The notes: a model not told the origin generated them from the sequence alone. 64,000 nucleotides of DNA from Eledone cirrhosa (GCA_964016885.1 OZ024745.1:128278001-128342000); one strand, 5' to 3'; shown: positions 14,028 through 26,060, numbered from the stretch's first letter. A program made the numbers and translations.

Positions 14028-14206
14028 TTGGCAGTATTGGTAGAGCATCAGACACCATGCTTTTTAGCATATAATTATGGCCCTTTACGTTCTGAATTCA
14101 AAATGCGCCGAGGTTAACTTTGCTTTTCATCCTTCCGCGGTCGATAAAATAAAGCACCCCTCCCCCCAAATTGCTGGCCTTGTGCCTATATAAGAAACCA
14201 TTATTA
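14028..14206 (+). mobile_element. SINE family 1
   Basis: Match to family consensus. Confidence 0.85.
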
Positions 14207-14352
14207 TATTGCGCACATTTACTCGAGCTTATTGTAGCCCCCCCCCCCCACAGTCCGTGTCTGTGTATAGTCCCCTACATGTCGGCCCTTGTGGCCAATA
14301 AATGTAATTATTATTATTATTGTTGTTGTTATTTTATGTGCGAGTGTGACCT

Positions 14353-14399
<47 letters not shown>

Positions 14400-14450
14400 T
14401 ATATATATATACACACACACATATATATATATACACACACATACACACAC

Positions 14451-14481
<31 letters not shown>

Positions 14482-14508
14482 TATATATACACACACACAC
14501 ATATATAT

Positions 14509-14539
<31 letters not shown>

Positions 14540-14618
14540 CACACATATATATATATACATACACTCACACATATATATATATACACACACACATATATAT
14601 ATATATACACACACACAC

Positions 14619-14666
<48 letters not shown>

Positions 14667-14829
14667 TATATACATTTACATATATATACATATATATATA
14701 AATATATATACATATATACATATATATATATATATACATACATAAGATGTTATTAATTAAGAACGGTGAAACCACTATTCAACTTACTACTCTATGATTA
14801 AAGAAAGTAGTGTGTAGATAATAAACCTA

Positions 14830-15012
14830 TAATTGTTTCTACGTTTGGCACAAGGCCAGCAATTAACCAGTGCATTACTGGTACTTTATGTTATCGACCC
14901 CGTAAGGAAGAAAGGCAAAGTTAACCTCGGCGGGATTTGAACTCAGAATGGCAAGGGGCGTAACTCCATGCGTCAAAGCATGGCGTCCGACCGATACTGC
15001 CAATCCACCACC
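14830..15012 (-). mobile_element. SINE family 1
   Basis: Reverse-complement match to family consensus. Confidence 0.88.
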
Positions 15013-15476
15013 CATATACATATAATATATATAATATATACATATATCTAATGTTTCCACCTTGTCCTATTCCACTTCATTTATCTGACGTTATATATAT
15101 CACTTACAACTAATCTATTTACTGTTGTTCACTAAGAACCACTTTAGCATCACCGTTAATTCCCCCACATCACCATCTGATATTTTCTTATCATTGTCAT
15201 TATTATTTCTTTTGATCTTCTTCTTATTGTCGTTCTTACTTCTTATTTCGTCTTATGTTTTTCTTTTTCTCATTACGTAATTCCCTTCTTAAAAGCAACA
15301 TTATCAAACAACCATACCATCAAATAACCGAAGATGGTTATTTTTCTAATTCATAACACATTAAACAGGAGTTGTTTGTCCCCTCGATAATTTGAAACGA
15401 ATACAAAACTTTGAAATGTCGTCAAACACGATTTCTTTTTTGTACATAGAAGCAGATTTCCCAATAAATTGTATGC

Positions 15477-15538
<62 letters not shown>

Positions 15539-15572
15539 ATATATAGAAAGAGGATTTGCTTCGAAATCACTA

Positions 15573-15667
15573 GACGTATCTGAGGAACTTGCGAATCCAG
15601 ATTCAGGTTCGATCCACAAACAGATCGCACCTCGAGCTGTTCGCCGGAGAAACAATTGCAATATGTT
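15573..15667 (+). ncRNA. Hammerhead-like motif with long stem II insertion, family B (degenerate)
   Basis: GACGTAT-CTGAGGA-..GCGAA[~45 nt]TTCGC..-GAA-ACAATTGC-A-ATATGTT. The homologue at about 63183 retains ACAATTGT-A-ATATGTC. Confidence 0.5.
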
Positions 15668-15787
15668 ATAAATTGTGTTCCGTTGCATCACTGATTCTTC
15701 CTTTTCCATATTATTATACTCTGCTCCGAAGGAGCATAGAGTGCTCAACCGGTATACCGCCTATGGACGCATCCAATCAACCTTATT

Positions 15788-15845
<58 letters not shown>

Positions 15846-16004
15846 TTGATATATCTCATATGAAATGATACAGCCAATTTTCCAGACAATACAATTAGTT
15901 AGCACCCCGAACGTTTAATTAGGAATTTACTCAGGTATTTCCTAATGTTTGTTGAGTGAGCTGGAATTTGGCCAGAGTATCGCTTTTAGCTTTCTCCGAT
16001 TATG

Positions 16005-16040
<36 letters not shown>

Positions 16041-16168
16041 TATAAACCAGTAGAGCAAATATCTATTATTAGATTAAAAGTTTAAGGAACGAACTTCACA
16101 TATGAGATGATCTCGCTTAGAGTGTAAGCAGAAATTCATTGCTAGAACATTTAATCTGTACTAATAAT

Positions 16169-16210
<42 letters not shown>

Positions 16211-16882
16211 TAATAAAAAATCGGAGGCCATATTCAGTTGATTCAGTTTTATTTAAAACTCCGTCATACATATTTCACTGAGGACAATTAATTATGATAG
16301 CCTGACCTCTTAAAACGGCAAAACCTAAAATAAGCATTGAAAGTTGCTAAGAAACCTTTAAATTTGCAAAAATCCAATAATTTCCCCGAAAAAAATTTCT
16401 TTTCAGCCGAACGCGTGGTGTTGTTTCTTTGATGGCCAGCGCCTGTATGACCCTCAGAATTTTGGCGGAAGTGTTGGTCAGTTTAGGAAGTAACAAAAAC
16501 GGCTGGTAAACCTTGTCTCACCCCTCTCTATCAGTAACTGTTGTAGTAGTAGTGATAGTGACATCCATCTCCTCCCAGCCCCATATTGTCCACAGGTCTG
16601 CAACAACTGTGAATATTATAACCGATACCCAAAATTTAACTATATAAGAAAAAGATTGAAATAAATAAATAACCTAATTAATTAATTAATTAAGAACAAA
16701 AGGAAAGGTTATATTAAAGGGGAGAGATATATGGGAAAGAGATGACTATAATGAAAAAATGTTTTAATGTAGAAAATTAAAAAGTAAAGAAATAGCTGTC
16801 TATAAACCAGAGTGTAAACGTAGATGTTATATAGTTATAGCTTAACTGGTTCTAAATCATAGGCGTACTCCTCCCTAGTTCC

Positions 16883-16983
16883 TCGTTTGATGAAGCTCTA
16901 CGGATTACATCCAGCTGTCCGATTCCCCACCTTCCCGAGACTCAAGCACTCGATGAGTGGAACATCAGAGTGAAATCTTACGA
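16883..16983 (+). ncRNA. Degenerate hammerhead-like motif with long stem II
   Basis: TCGT-TTGATGA-A-GCTCT[~67 nt]AGAGT-GAA-ATCT-T-ACGA; C3 is mutated. Confidence 0.35.
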
Positions 16984-17396
16984 TATATAAAGGGAATGTC
17001 CGGGAGGGGTTGGGCCGTAGGACTGTTTCCCGCAGCTTGGGGCAAATATCCGTGAAATCTATCAAGGTCTCTGGACCAACATGCCTGACCGGAACAGAGC
17101 TATTAGGTTATTCCTTTACCAATTAGGTAGTGCAGGCCAACCTAAGGTAACACAAAGAGATTATCAAAATAAGACACGCGAAGAAGGTTTAGAGATAAAT
17201 TAAAATACAGTAAATTAGATGTAGGCTGATTTAAGGTAACTTGAAGTAAATAACAGAGTGAGACTCATGAGGATGAATAAGAGATAAATTAAAGTTGAAG
17301 ATTGTCTTAATTAGGGTTGGCGCACAGTCGTACACTAGAAGAGAGAGAAGAACATAGTGTGCAACAATATACGAGGTAAACATATATGGTGTAGAG

Positions 17397-17779
17397 CAGG
17401 TATGTCAAACATGTGGCTCGCGGGTTGTATGTGGCCCTTTACAAGCACACCTCCAGCCCGCACAAAGACTTTTACAGCGCGAGCATGTTTTATCTTTGTA
17501 ATATAAAATGAAAATATATAGTTGCAATGTGTGCAATTATTTGTCGTGTATGGCCCTCAGACAACACGTATGTGACCCATGTGAGGCCCTCAGACATCAC
17601 GTATGTGATCCATGTGAGGCCCTCAGACATCACATATGTGACCCATGTGAGGCCCTCAGACATCACGTATGTGACCCATGTGAGGCCTTCAGACATCACG
17701 TATGTGACCCATGTGAGGCCCTCAGACAACACGTATGTGACCCATGTGACTCTCGGGGACCCTCACTTTGACATGTCTG
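17397..17779 (+). mobile_element. hAT-Charlie-like MITE with 8-bp TSD, carrying a 33-bp minisatellite
   Basis: TIRs CAGGTATGTCAAA and TTTGACATGTCTG; flanks GTGTAGAG and GTGTAGAC. Confidence 0.85.
17551..17749. repeat. 33-bp tandem repeat, about 6 copies (GAGGCCCTCAGACATCACGTATGTGACCCATGT)
   Basis: Direct reading; 11-aa periodicity in the ORF track. Confidence 0.95.
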
Positions 17780-18923
17780 GTGTAGACAAAGAAAATGATA
17801 AGTACATATAATAATATAATAAAGGCAAGGACATATACGGGATCCGTACAAGGTTGTCCAAAACAGGTACAAATGTGTCCAACTTTCAAATGAGTGTTGG
17901 GAGGATGGATAGAGCAAAATATAGAGAATAACGTTAAGATAGGGGCTGGGATAGAGTTTAAAGTGTTCGTATAGAGATTTCCGCTGGTCTGCTAGCGTGT
18001 GTGTATCAGGTGAGAGGGGAGAGGATCTGTTCATAGATGTTCTTATTCCCTGGATAGCCGTTGGTTAAATTCCATAAAGTGTTGTCCGTGGTCAGGGGAA
18101 GTTGTTATCCTGAGTGTTCCGTTCGACTATAGAGATGAGCTGGGTCCTCTGGTCATCTCTGGTATTCAAAATAAAGTGGATTTTTAAGTCCAGTCCGTTG
18201 CTACGTGCCGTATAATTTAGGCAATGCATATGAATCCATCACCTGTTTATTGCTTCAAGAAAGCGCTCAACTTAATCGGATCATTTAATTAGAGTATGGG
18301 GAATACCAACCATTTAGTCAAATGCTGAAGCAATTAATCAACTTGTGTTTAAGGTATTGTGGAATGTGTGTTCATGTTTGTGAAGGTGGTCGTATGGAAA
18401 GTTATGATTATGGCCGTAATATTAGTAGTGATGAGGGATCATAAATGTGTTCATATCGCTGGACATAGTCGTGAACTTGTGTCCAGTATATTGAGATAGA
18501 GTTATTCGTAATGGTGGCTGTAGCAGTTGTAGCAGTCATAATGATTCCAGCTGGCTTTCATAATGATGGATGTGAAGATGATTATAGTAGTGGTGATAAG
18601 ACTATGTTCACTGTGTAGTGCGGAGGGCTATGTTTGTAGTTGTTGTAGTTATAATTCATGTTGTACCACTAGTATTGGGAATTGTAGTTGTCCTGTTTCA
18701 TTTTTGTTCAACTGGTTTAATGGTTTGTCGTGGAAATGTTTCTAGAATTATAGTAATAACTGTTATTATTGCTAGATTTGCCAGTAGATAACCCCCTTTT
18801 TTAGTAATAATAGGTGTAGTGATTTTATAAGTACACATTTAATGTTAGTAACAAGATTTTCACCGACTGTAAAGAGAACATTTTCGCGGTATCTGCTCCT
18901 GTATTCGTGGATATATCAGCCAA

Positions 18924-18982
<59 letters not shown>

Positions 18983-19021
18983 ACTCACGCTCTCACTCTC
19001 TCTCTCACTCACACACACACA

Positions 19022-19090
<69 letters not shown>

Positions 19091-19327
19091 GATACCCTAC
19101 TATCTCAGAAAATGAATGATATATCAAATAATGTGATCATAGATACATCATTTCTCAAAAAGAAAAGTTATAATATTACGATGGCTATACTTTAAACGTC
19201 TTTGATCAGACGTTTTCTCCATCAGAGCTAAAGAAAGAAATCACGAAAACTCATAAACGAATGATGACATTTTTAATATAAGGAACTGTTTCTTTGTTTT
19301 TATTCATTGTTTTTATTAATTTATATA

Positions 19328-19377
<50 letters not shown>

Positions 19378-19875
19378 TTATATTTCCCTATTTAGTCTTA
19401 ATAAAATGAATATTAAACTCTACTTCGGTATTGAGTACTCTTTTCTCTCAGCCGTCAAACACATATATATGTGTAGACAGTGGAGTGTCGTGGAAAGATA
19501 TACTCAGGTTAGAAAATTGTTTGCTACGTATTTCTGGCATAGTATTATTTACGGATTACGATACTGTTGTCAGTGGGAGGCCGTCCGGTCTTTACGTGGC
19601 CCAGATCTCTAGCATAAGAATTATTTTCAATGGTGACAATACCTTGTCGGCTGGGATCCAGAGTCGGGCGTCACTTTCTCTCTATTTATTTAAGGCATAT
19701 TTATTAAAGGAGCATTCTAACATAAGAATGCCTACCACGGCTTATTGTAATGATCTGAACCTTATTTACATGGCATCGGGAAATAATATTTATAGTGTAA
19801 AGAAATGCTAAGTTTTCTTCTTAGAAATACGCAACATTTTAAGCAGACTCTATATTTATTACTTATAGTAATGTA

Positions 19876-19965
<90 letters not shown>

Positions 19966-19966
<1 letters not shown>

Positions 19967-20440
19967 AGAGGTTATATTTAATTTGTTGGGATTCAACAAG
20001 CTTAAAAAAATGTTATAACTGATATAAAGCACTCAACAGAATAGCGGAGTAAATACACAATATATAAATGGAAACTATATTTATAAAACCCTATTTATTT
20101 TATTATACATATTTCAAGGGCAACCAAGGCAAATTATGGTGCGCTTTCATCAGATAAAATACAGATTTGTTTTATAAATAAATATTGACATACCCGGGAA
20201 AAAAAGACAACCTTAACGGTTGGAGCTTCCTGGATAGTGGAGATATTACATTTATTGAGGGTGATACAAAATTATGAGTGAGTATGCAAATGAGTGTCCG
20301 AAAGGTTGAAAAGATAACGGTTTATTTAAATTAAACTGTTGGAAGAAGGTGATATGTAAGGGAGAGAGAAATAAAAAATAAAAAAAATAAATAAATATTG
20401 TTTTATAAATATAGTTTCCATTTATTAATATATTGTATAT
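19966..20440 (-). mobile_element. Family A hammerhead element with partial inverted 3' arm
   Basis: 19966-20228 is near-identical (reverse complement) to 62418-62682. 20370-20440 is an inverted copy of the post-cleavage segment. Flanked by (TA)n. Confidence 0.75.
20096..20161 (-). ncRNA. Minimal type I hammerhead ribozyme motif, family A
   Basis: Reverse complement: TATTTTAT-CTGATGA-AAGCGCACCA(loop)TGGTTGCCCTT-GAA-ATATGTAT-A-ATAAAATA. Confidence 0.75.
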
Positions 20441-20449
20441 ATATATACA

Positions 20450-20922
20450 TGTTACCCAGTGCAACCTGTCTCATGGTCGAGTAGTCGGCGACTAAACCGG
20501 CAACCGGAGGGTGGTATTTGGACACCCTGCGGGTTGAAATACAAGACCCAGAGAAGGGCGGAGGAACTCAGCAGAGTCAACGGCCATCCAAATAGTACTT
20601 TTTTTTTTTTACCTGGAAGTGAAAGGCCCCCAGTTGTTGTCACAAGACCTTTCTAAGGGAGGGAAACTCTGAAAAAAAAACCCTGCGGCTTCGGAAGCAT
20701 CCGATGATGTTGACCAGTTCTCCTTTTCGGGTAGTATTTTCGATGGTCAGAGAGTGATTGGTCGAGTGCAAGGCCGTTCCCCACTTAAAAACCTTCAAAG
20801 CACAGGCATTGGTTGTTCAGGATATGTTACAGGTTTGTGTGACTGGCCGTAACCGTAAAAGTGCACCAAACTCTATGGTCTCACATGCGATTGCAGTACT
20901 CTTAGCAGAGTTTGCAGCCATC

Positions 20923-20923
<1 letters not shown>
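20450..20923 (+). mobile_element. Non-autonomous ~470-bp repeat resembling an RTE-clade 5' region
   Basis: Apparently full-length relative to the inverted copy at 47082-47530; microsatellite at both ends. Confidence 0.7.
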
Positions 20924-20960
<37 letters not shown>

Positions 20961-21649
20961 GGGGGGGGGGGGGTATGTATATAATACATAAAACACGAAA
21001 ACATCACTGTTTGTCTATGTACGTCTATATACAAACGTGCTTCTGTTTATGTGTGCGTGAGTACCCCATAAATGTTTGAATTTATTGGAATGGTTGAGTG
21101 GTCCTTTGTGCTTTTGTGTACTATCGATGGTGGGGTTGGTTGGGGCGGAAGGTTTGAACACTTCATTCAGTTGTGGATCATCTTTTAGTTGTCTACGTAA
21201 CACTACTTAACTCGCCAAATCACTTCAAATGACTCTGCGCTCAGTTCAAGCCTTACTCTTTATTAACACTACTGTCCTCAGTCACCTTACAGTTTAAATG
21301 TGTACATATAGGGGTGAGTTGAGTGGGGCTAGGGTGTTTAGAAATAAAATGTTGCTTTGGTTTTTTTGTGTGTTTTGTGTATGTGTGTGTCTGTACACGT
21401 ATATATGTATGTGTATATGTGTATATCTGTGTGTGAGTGTATGTGTGTGTGTGTATGTGTGTGTGTATCTGTGTGTGTATGTGTGTGTGTGTGTGTGGTT
21501 GTTTCATCGACTGGGCTGAGTTTAAGGGTCTGTTTGTTGTGAAAAGACGGGAGTCCCACATTGCCTCAGTAGCAGCCGCAAATAAAATATTTACTCGGGC
21601 CGCTGTTTTATTTGTCTCCGTCTTGTCTGGATAAATAAACACACACACA

Positions 21650-21686
<37 letters not shown>

Positions 21687-21820
21687 ACACATACAGATAC
21701 ACATACATACTTACATATATATATATATATATATACATACATCCATACATACACATACACACATACATACGTACACACACATACACATACATATATACAT
21801 ACATACACATACATACATAA

Positions 21821-21853
<33 letters not shown>

Positions 21854-21926
21854 CACTCGTGTGTGTATTTGGAAATGAAAGGATAATAAGCGGACCACAC
21901 ACCTACGCGTGTGCACACATTACATA

Positions 21927-21981
<55 letters not shown>

Positions 21982-22055
21982 ATATATATATATATGTATG
22001 TATGTATATATATATATGTATGTATATATATATATATATATATTTATATATGTAT

Positions 22056-22116
<61 letters not shown>

Positions 22117-22125
22117 TATATGTAT

Positions 22126-22176
<51 letters not shown>

Positions 22177-22269
22177 AGTAAGTACATACACAGTATATAT
22201 GTTTTCTGTTTGCGAATTCATGGTGGTGCTGGTGGTGGCGAGAGAAGAGAGAGGAAGGGACGCGTAATG

Positions 22270-22366
<97 letters not shown>

Positions 22367-22524
22367 GTGAAGGCATACGAGTAATGTTGGGAGAGAGTTT
22401 GAGAAAGAATGCCAATGTCCACAGGTGAAAGTCAATATGTATGTATAAGAGGGGGAAGAGGGAAGGGTGAGTAATTATTATACTTGCGTATGGTGTGTGG
22501 TGGTATGTTGTATATATTTATACA

Positions 22525-23290
22525 AGAGAGAGTGAGAGAGAGAGTGAGAGTGAGAGTGAGAGAGCGAGAGCGAGAGAGAGTGAGAGAGAGTGAGTGAGGG
22601 TGAGTGAGAAAGAGTGAGTGAGAGAAAGTGAGTGAGAGTGTGAGAGGGTGAGAGAGAGTGAGAGAGGGAGAGAGAGAGTGAGTGAGAGTGAGAGAGAGAA
22701 AGTGTGAGAGAGTGAGAGAGTGAGTGAGAGTTAGAGAGAGAGTGTGTGAGAGGGTGAGAGAGAGTGAGAGAGAGAGCGAGAGAGAGAGTGAGAGAGAGTG
22801 AGTGAGAGTGTGACAGGGTGAGAGAGAGAGTGAGAGTGAGTGAATAGGAGTGAGAGAGATAGTGAGTGAGAGAGAGAGAGAGAGAGAGTGAGAGAGTGAG
22901 TGAGAGTGAGTGAGAGAGAGTGAGTGAGACAAAGTGAGTGAGAGTGTGAGAGGGTGAGAGAGAGTGAGAGAGAGAGTGAGAGAGTGAGTGAGAGTGAGAG
23001 AGAGAGAGTGTGAGAGGGTGAGAGAGAGTGAGAGGGAGAGCGAGAGAGAGAGCGAGATAGATAGTGAGAGAGAGAGAGAGTGAGTGAGAGTGAGTGAGAG
23101 AGAGTGAGTGAGAGTGTGAGAGGGTGAGAGAGAGTGAGAGTGAGTGAATGAGAGTGAGAGAGATAGTGAGAGAGAGTGAGAGAGAGTGAGTGAGAGTGAG
23201 TGAGAGTGAGTGAGAGAGAGTGAGAGTGAGTGAGAGTGAGAGAGAGTGAGAAAGAGTGAGTGAGAGTGAGATAGAGTGATTGAGAGAGAC
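22525..23290. repeat. Compound (GA)/(GAGT) purine-rich repeat
   Basis: Direct reading; produces the S/L/H/T low-complexity ORFs. Confidence 0.95.
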
Positions 23291-23325
23291 ATATATATAT
23301 ATGTGTATGTATGTATATATATATG

Positions 23326-23775
23326 TCAGGTCACCAGTTGGTGCTACTGGTAACATGTATCCTAGTACAACCTGTCTCATGGTCGGGTCGTTGGCGACTA
23401 AACTCTCAACCCCACCAAGGTTTCTTGGTGGGGTTGAGACTTTGGACATCCTGCAGGACTAAAAACAAAACCTGCCAAAGACAAAGGAGCTCTTAAGAGT
23501 CAATGGCCATCCAAAATCACCGGGAGAGGTGACCCCTTAGCCTTTGTTAAGGCAGAATTCTAGGAGAAGGAAAACTCTGATATAACACCTGCAACCCTGA
23601 TGGTATCCAATGATGTTGACTTGTTCCTCTTTTTGGTAAATATCATCTTGGTTAAGAGAGTGGGACTGGCTTTGTGCAGTGCCTTTGCTCACTATAAAAC
23701 CTTCACGGCACAGGCATGGCTTTATATCTGGAGATCTCTCTGCACTTGCCGTCACATGGTACCATGGGCCCAGCA
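23326..23775 (+). mobile_element. Non-autonomous repeat resembling an RTE-clade 5' region
   Basis: CAACCTGTCTCATGGTCG..GGCGACTAAAC and TCTAGGAGAAGGAAAACTCTGATAT are shared with the other copies. Confidence 0.7.
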
Positions 23776-23907
23776 CTATGTGTCAATAATTGTCACAGGT
23801 GTAGTGTTTGTACCAGAGTATTCAATACCTCAGAGGTGGCTCTGTTCACCTTTTTCCGTCGCCAGGGATACTTACCTGATTTTCTCAACAATCATTTATA
23901 GTTTTAA

Positions 23908-24102
23908 GGGCGATGGACTGGCAATATCTGTAGAGACTCGGACATGATTTGTAGCATATAGTTACGACCCCCCGAGGTTAGCTTTCTCTTTCATCCTTAC
24001 AGGATCTATACGTAAAGTACCTGTAATTCACTGGGGTCGAATTAATCAACATACCCCTCCCCAAAAATGTTGACTATGTTCCTAAATCAGAAATCATTAT
24101 TT
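23908..24102 (+). mobile_element. SINE family 1 (diverged)
   Basis: Match to family consensus. Confidence 0.8.
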
Positions 24103-24239
24103 ATAGTAATCGAATATTACTATGGTAGTTTGCGATACGATGCACGTATTTAAATTTCAAATTTTCCCAATACTTCTTTGTTCAACTTGTTTAAAAAGTA
24201 AAATAACTTTTTATATTCCATGTTATGAAATAAAATTAC

Positions 24240-24815
24240 AGACAATAAAGCATTTCACAGTTATATAAATTTAATAGAAAAAGAAAAAGAATTGATTGAG
24301 AAGAAAGAATGGAATGTAAAATAAGAATATATTTAGAAAAAAACGGAAAAGCAAGGATTCTAGAGTCACAGAAGCATGAAGAGGGGAGGTGGGAGTTTGA
24401 TTGGTCTCCAGGCCTAGGGCACGGCAGTAATAGGGCTGCACCCCGCGGACAAATGTTGATGGAAATATGAGAAAAAAAAGAAAAAAGAAAAAAGGATAAA
24501 AACGAAACCAAGCAACGAACAGAGGGAGAAGTGGTAAAGAAGGGCAGACCTGACCGTATAGAAAAGTAAGAGAAAGGGCTATAATTGCCTTAAATGAGAG
24601 GAAAGGAAGGGAAAAAGCAGGGACTATGAGGCCACGGAAGATTGCGGAGACGGAGAGAGGGTGATAGGCTCTATGCCTGGGGCGGGGAGGTTTTGGGCTA
24701 CACCCCGCGGACAAACCTGCAAATGCATTTCCGCGGACAATGGCCAGCGACACCCGCAGCAACAGCTTCCCTACCTCGCGGGGTTCCTTTCTCAAGCTAC
24801 AAAAAGACTGAATTA
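24240..24815 (-). mobile_element. 3' end of a CRE-like (RLE) non-LTR retrotransposon
   Basis: KEPREVGKLLLRVSLAIVRGNAFAGLS resembles the QRISVAIQRGNA C-terminal motif of CRE-clade proteins, followed by a pyrimidine-rich putative 3' UTR. Confidence 0.6.
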
Positions 24816-24931
24816 GTGACCAGTAGCTCAATAGCGTATTGTTTAAGGTACTCACCCGACATCCGTGTGATGCACGGTTCGATAATTGTAGGTGCCTCTG
24901 TGCACCTTTTCCGTTTCCAGTCGTACTTTAC

Positions 24932-25027
24932 CTGATTTTGTCAACTATCATGTATAGTTCTTGACCAGTGTGATGGTCATTTCCGTTGGGAAGAACCCAC
25001 TTGAAATATACATTCAAGTAACGTCTT
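24932..25027 (-). CDS. Candidate isolated 96-nt symmetric exon (possibly Ig-like, possibly pseudogenic)
   Basis: CAG acceptor and AG|GTAAAG donor; reads RRYLNVYFKWVLPNGNDHHTGQELYMIVDKI. Paralogous junction with AG|GTAAGT at 23876. No polypyrimidine tract, since (TA)n lies upstream. Confidence 0.3.
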
Positions 25028-25044
25028 CTGATATATATATGTAT

Positions 25045-25220
25045 ATAGGAAAAGAGTCAAGACCCCGACGGCTGAACTCCGGCCGTTTCGACAGCTAGAT
25101 CTGAACGGAGCTCAGCCGTCGGGGCCCTGATTCTTTTCCTATTACCCACTCTACTACCCTAAGTATCGAGTACTCTGGTACGCTATGGTCCACCTGGTTC
25201 CTTACCACATTTCCTTCGTT
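25045..25220. mobile_element. (TA)n-embedded fold-back element, family D
   Basis: Inverted repeat 25045-25142 plus tail GAGTACTCTGGT..CCTTACCACATTTCCTTCGTTATA. Relatives at 42407-42587 (inverted), 44068-44172 and 51838-51942. Confidence 0.75.
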
Positions 25221-25251
25221 ATATATATATATACACCCACACACACACACA

Positions 25252-25286
<35 letters not shown>

Positions 25287-25287
<1 letters not shown>

Positions 25288-25390
25288 TCGTTATAGCATT
25301 TATGCGCTTGAGAACTTTCTTTATTCTTATATATATATTCTCAGCGCTTCAAAAGCCAAAAATTCGGCTTCATACATTGTTTATATATAT

Positions 25391-25421
<31 letters not shown>

Positions 25422-25423
25422 AT

Positions 25424-25520
<97 letters not shown>

Positions 25521-25612
25521 AATGTATGAAGCCGAATTTTCGGCTTTTGAAGCGCTGAGAATATATATAGAAGAATAAAGAAAGTTCTCAAGCGCATAAA
25601 TGCTATAACGAT
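25287..25612. repeat. ~95-bp inverted repeat arms enclosing a (TA)n tract
   Basis: ATCGTTATAGCATTTATGCGCTTGAGAAC...CATTGTT-(TA)n-AACAATG...GCTATAACGAT, with few mismatches. Confidence 0.92.
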
Positions 25613-25614
25613 AC

Positions 25615-25759
25615 CTTATAAAATAGGGTGGAGACTGTTAAAAGACGGAAAGAAAGCTGCCATCGGCTGCTAAGAGTAGATAAACCCCATGTCTTCCAGA
25701 TAACGGCCGATGGCAACTTCTTTTTCCATCTTTTAAGGGTCATCTCCCTATTTTATAAG
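25615..25759. repeat. Imperfect inverted repeat
   Basis: CTTATAAAATAGGG...GCCATCGGC pairs with GCCGATGGC...CCCTATTTTATAAG. Confidence 0.8.
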
Positions 25760-25892
25760 CATTTCTGCGCTTGAACACTTTGTCCATACTTATATGTATA
25801 CATACATTTATACACATATATATATATGTATACATATATTTTTCCAAATTCCATCCCGCCCGTCCCCTTAATCTATTTTATTTCTCATTCTT

Positions 25893-25926
25893 TCTTCTGA
25901 CGAAGGACTAGCGACCGAAACGTTAA
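25893..25926 (+). ncRNA. Minimal hammerhead-like motif, family C (stem I 3' side lost)
   Basis: TCTT-CTGACGA-AGGACTAGCGACC-GAAACGTTAA; palindromic AACGTT stem III. Confidence 0.45.
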
Positions 25927-26060
25927 CCTAATATAAACCTTCAAGCGTTAACCTAATATATACCTTCCATATACTGTACCGATTGCGTTTTTATTTCTGT
26001 TTACCTTTTACACACACACCATATTACTTGGACAGTCGGCTTCCTGATGATTTATATATA

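Noticed and set aside
17551-17749. 33-bp repeats as a CRISPR array or repeat protein
   Set aside because: Contiguous units without unique spacers, located inside a hAT MITE in eukaryotic DNA.
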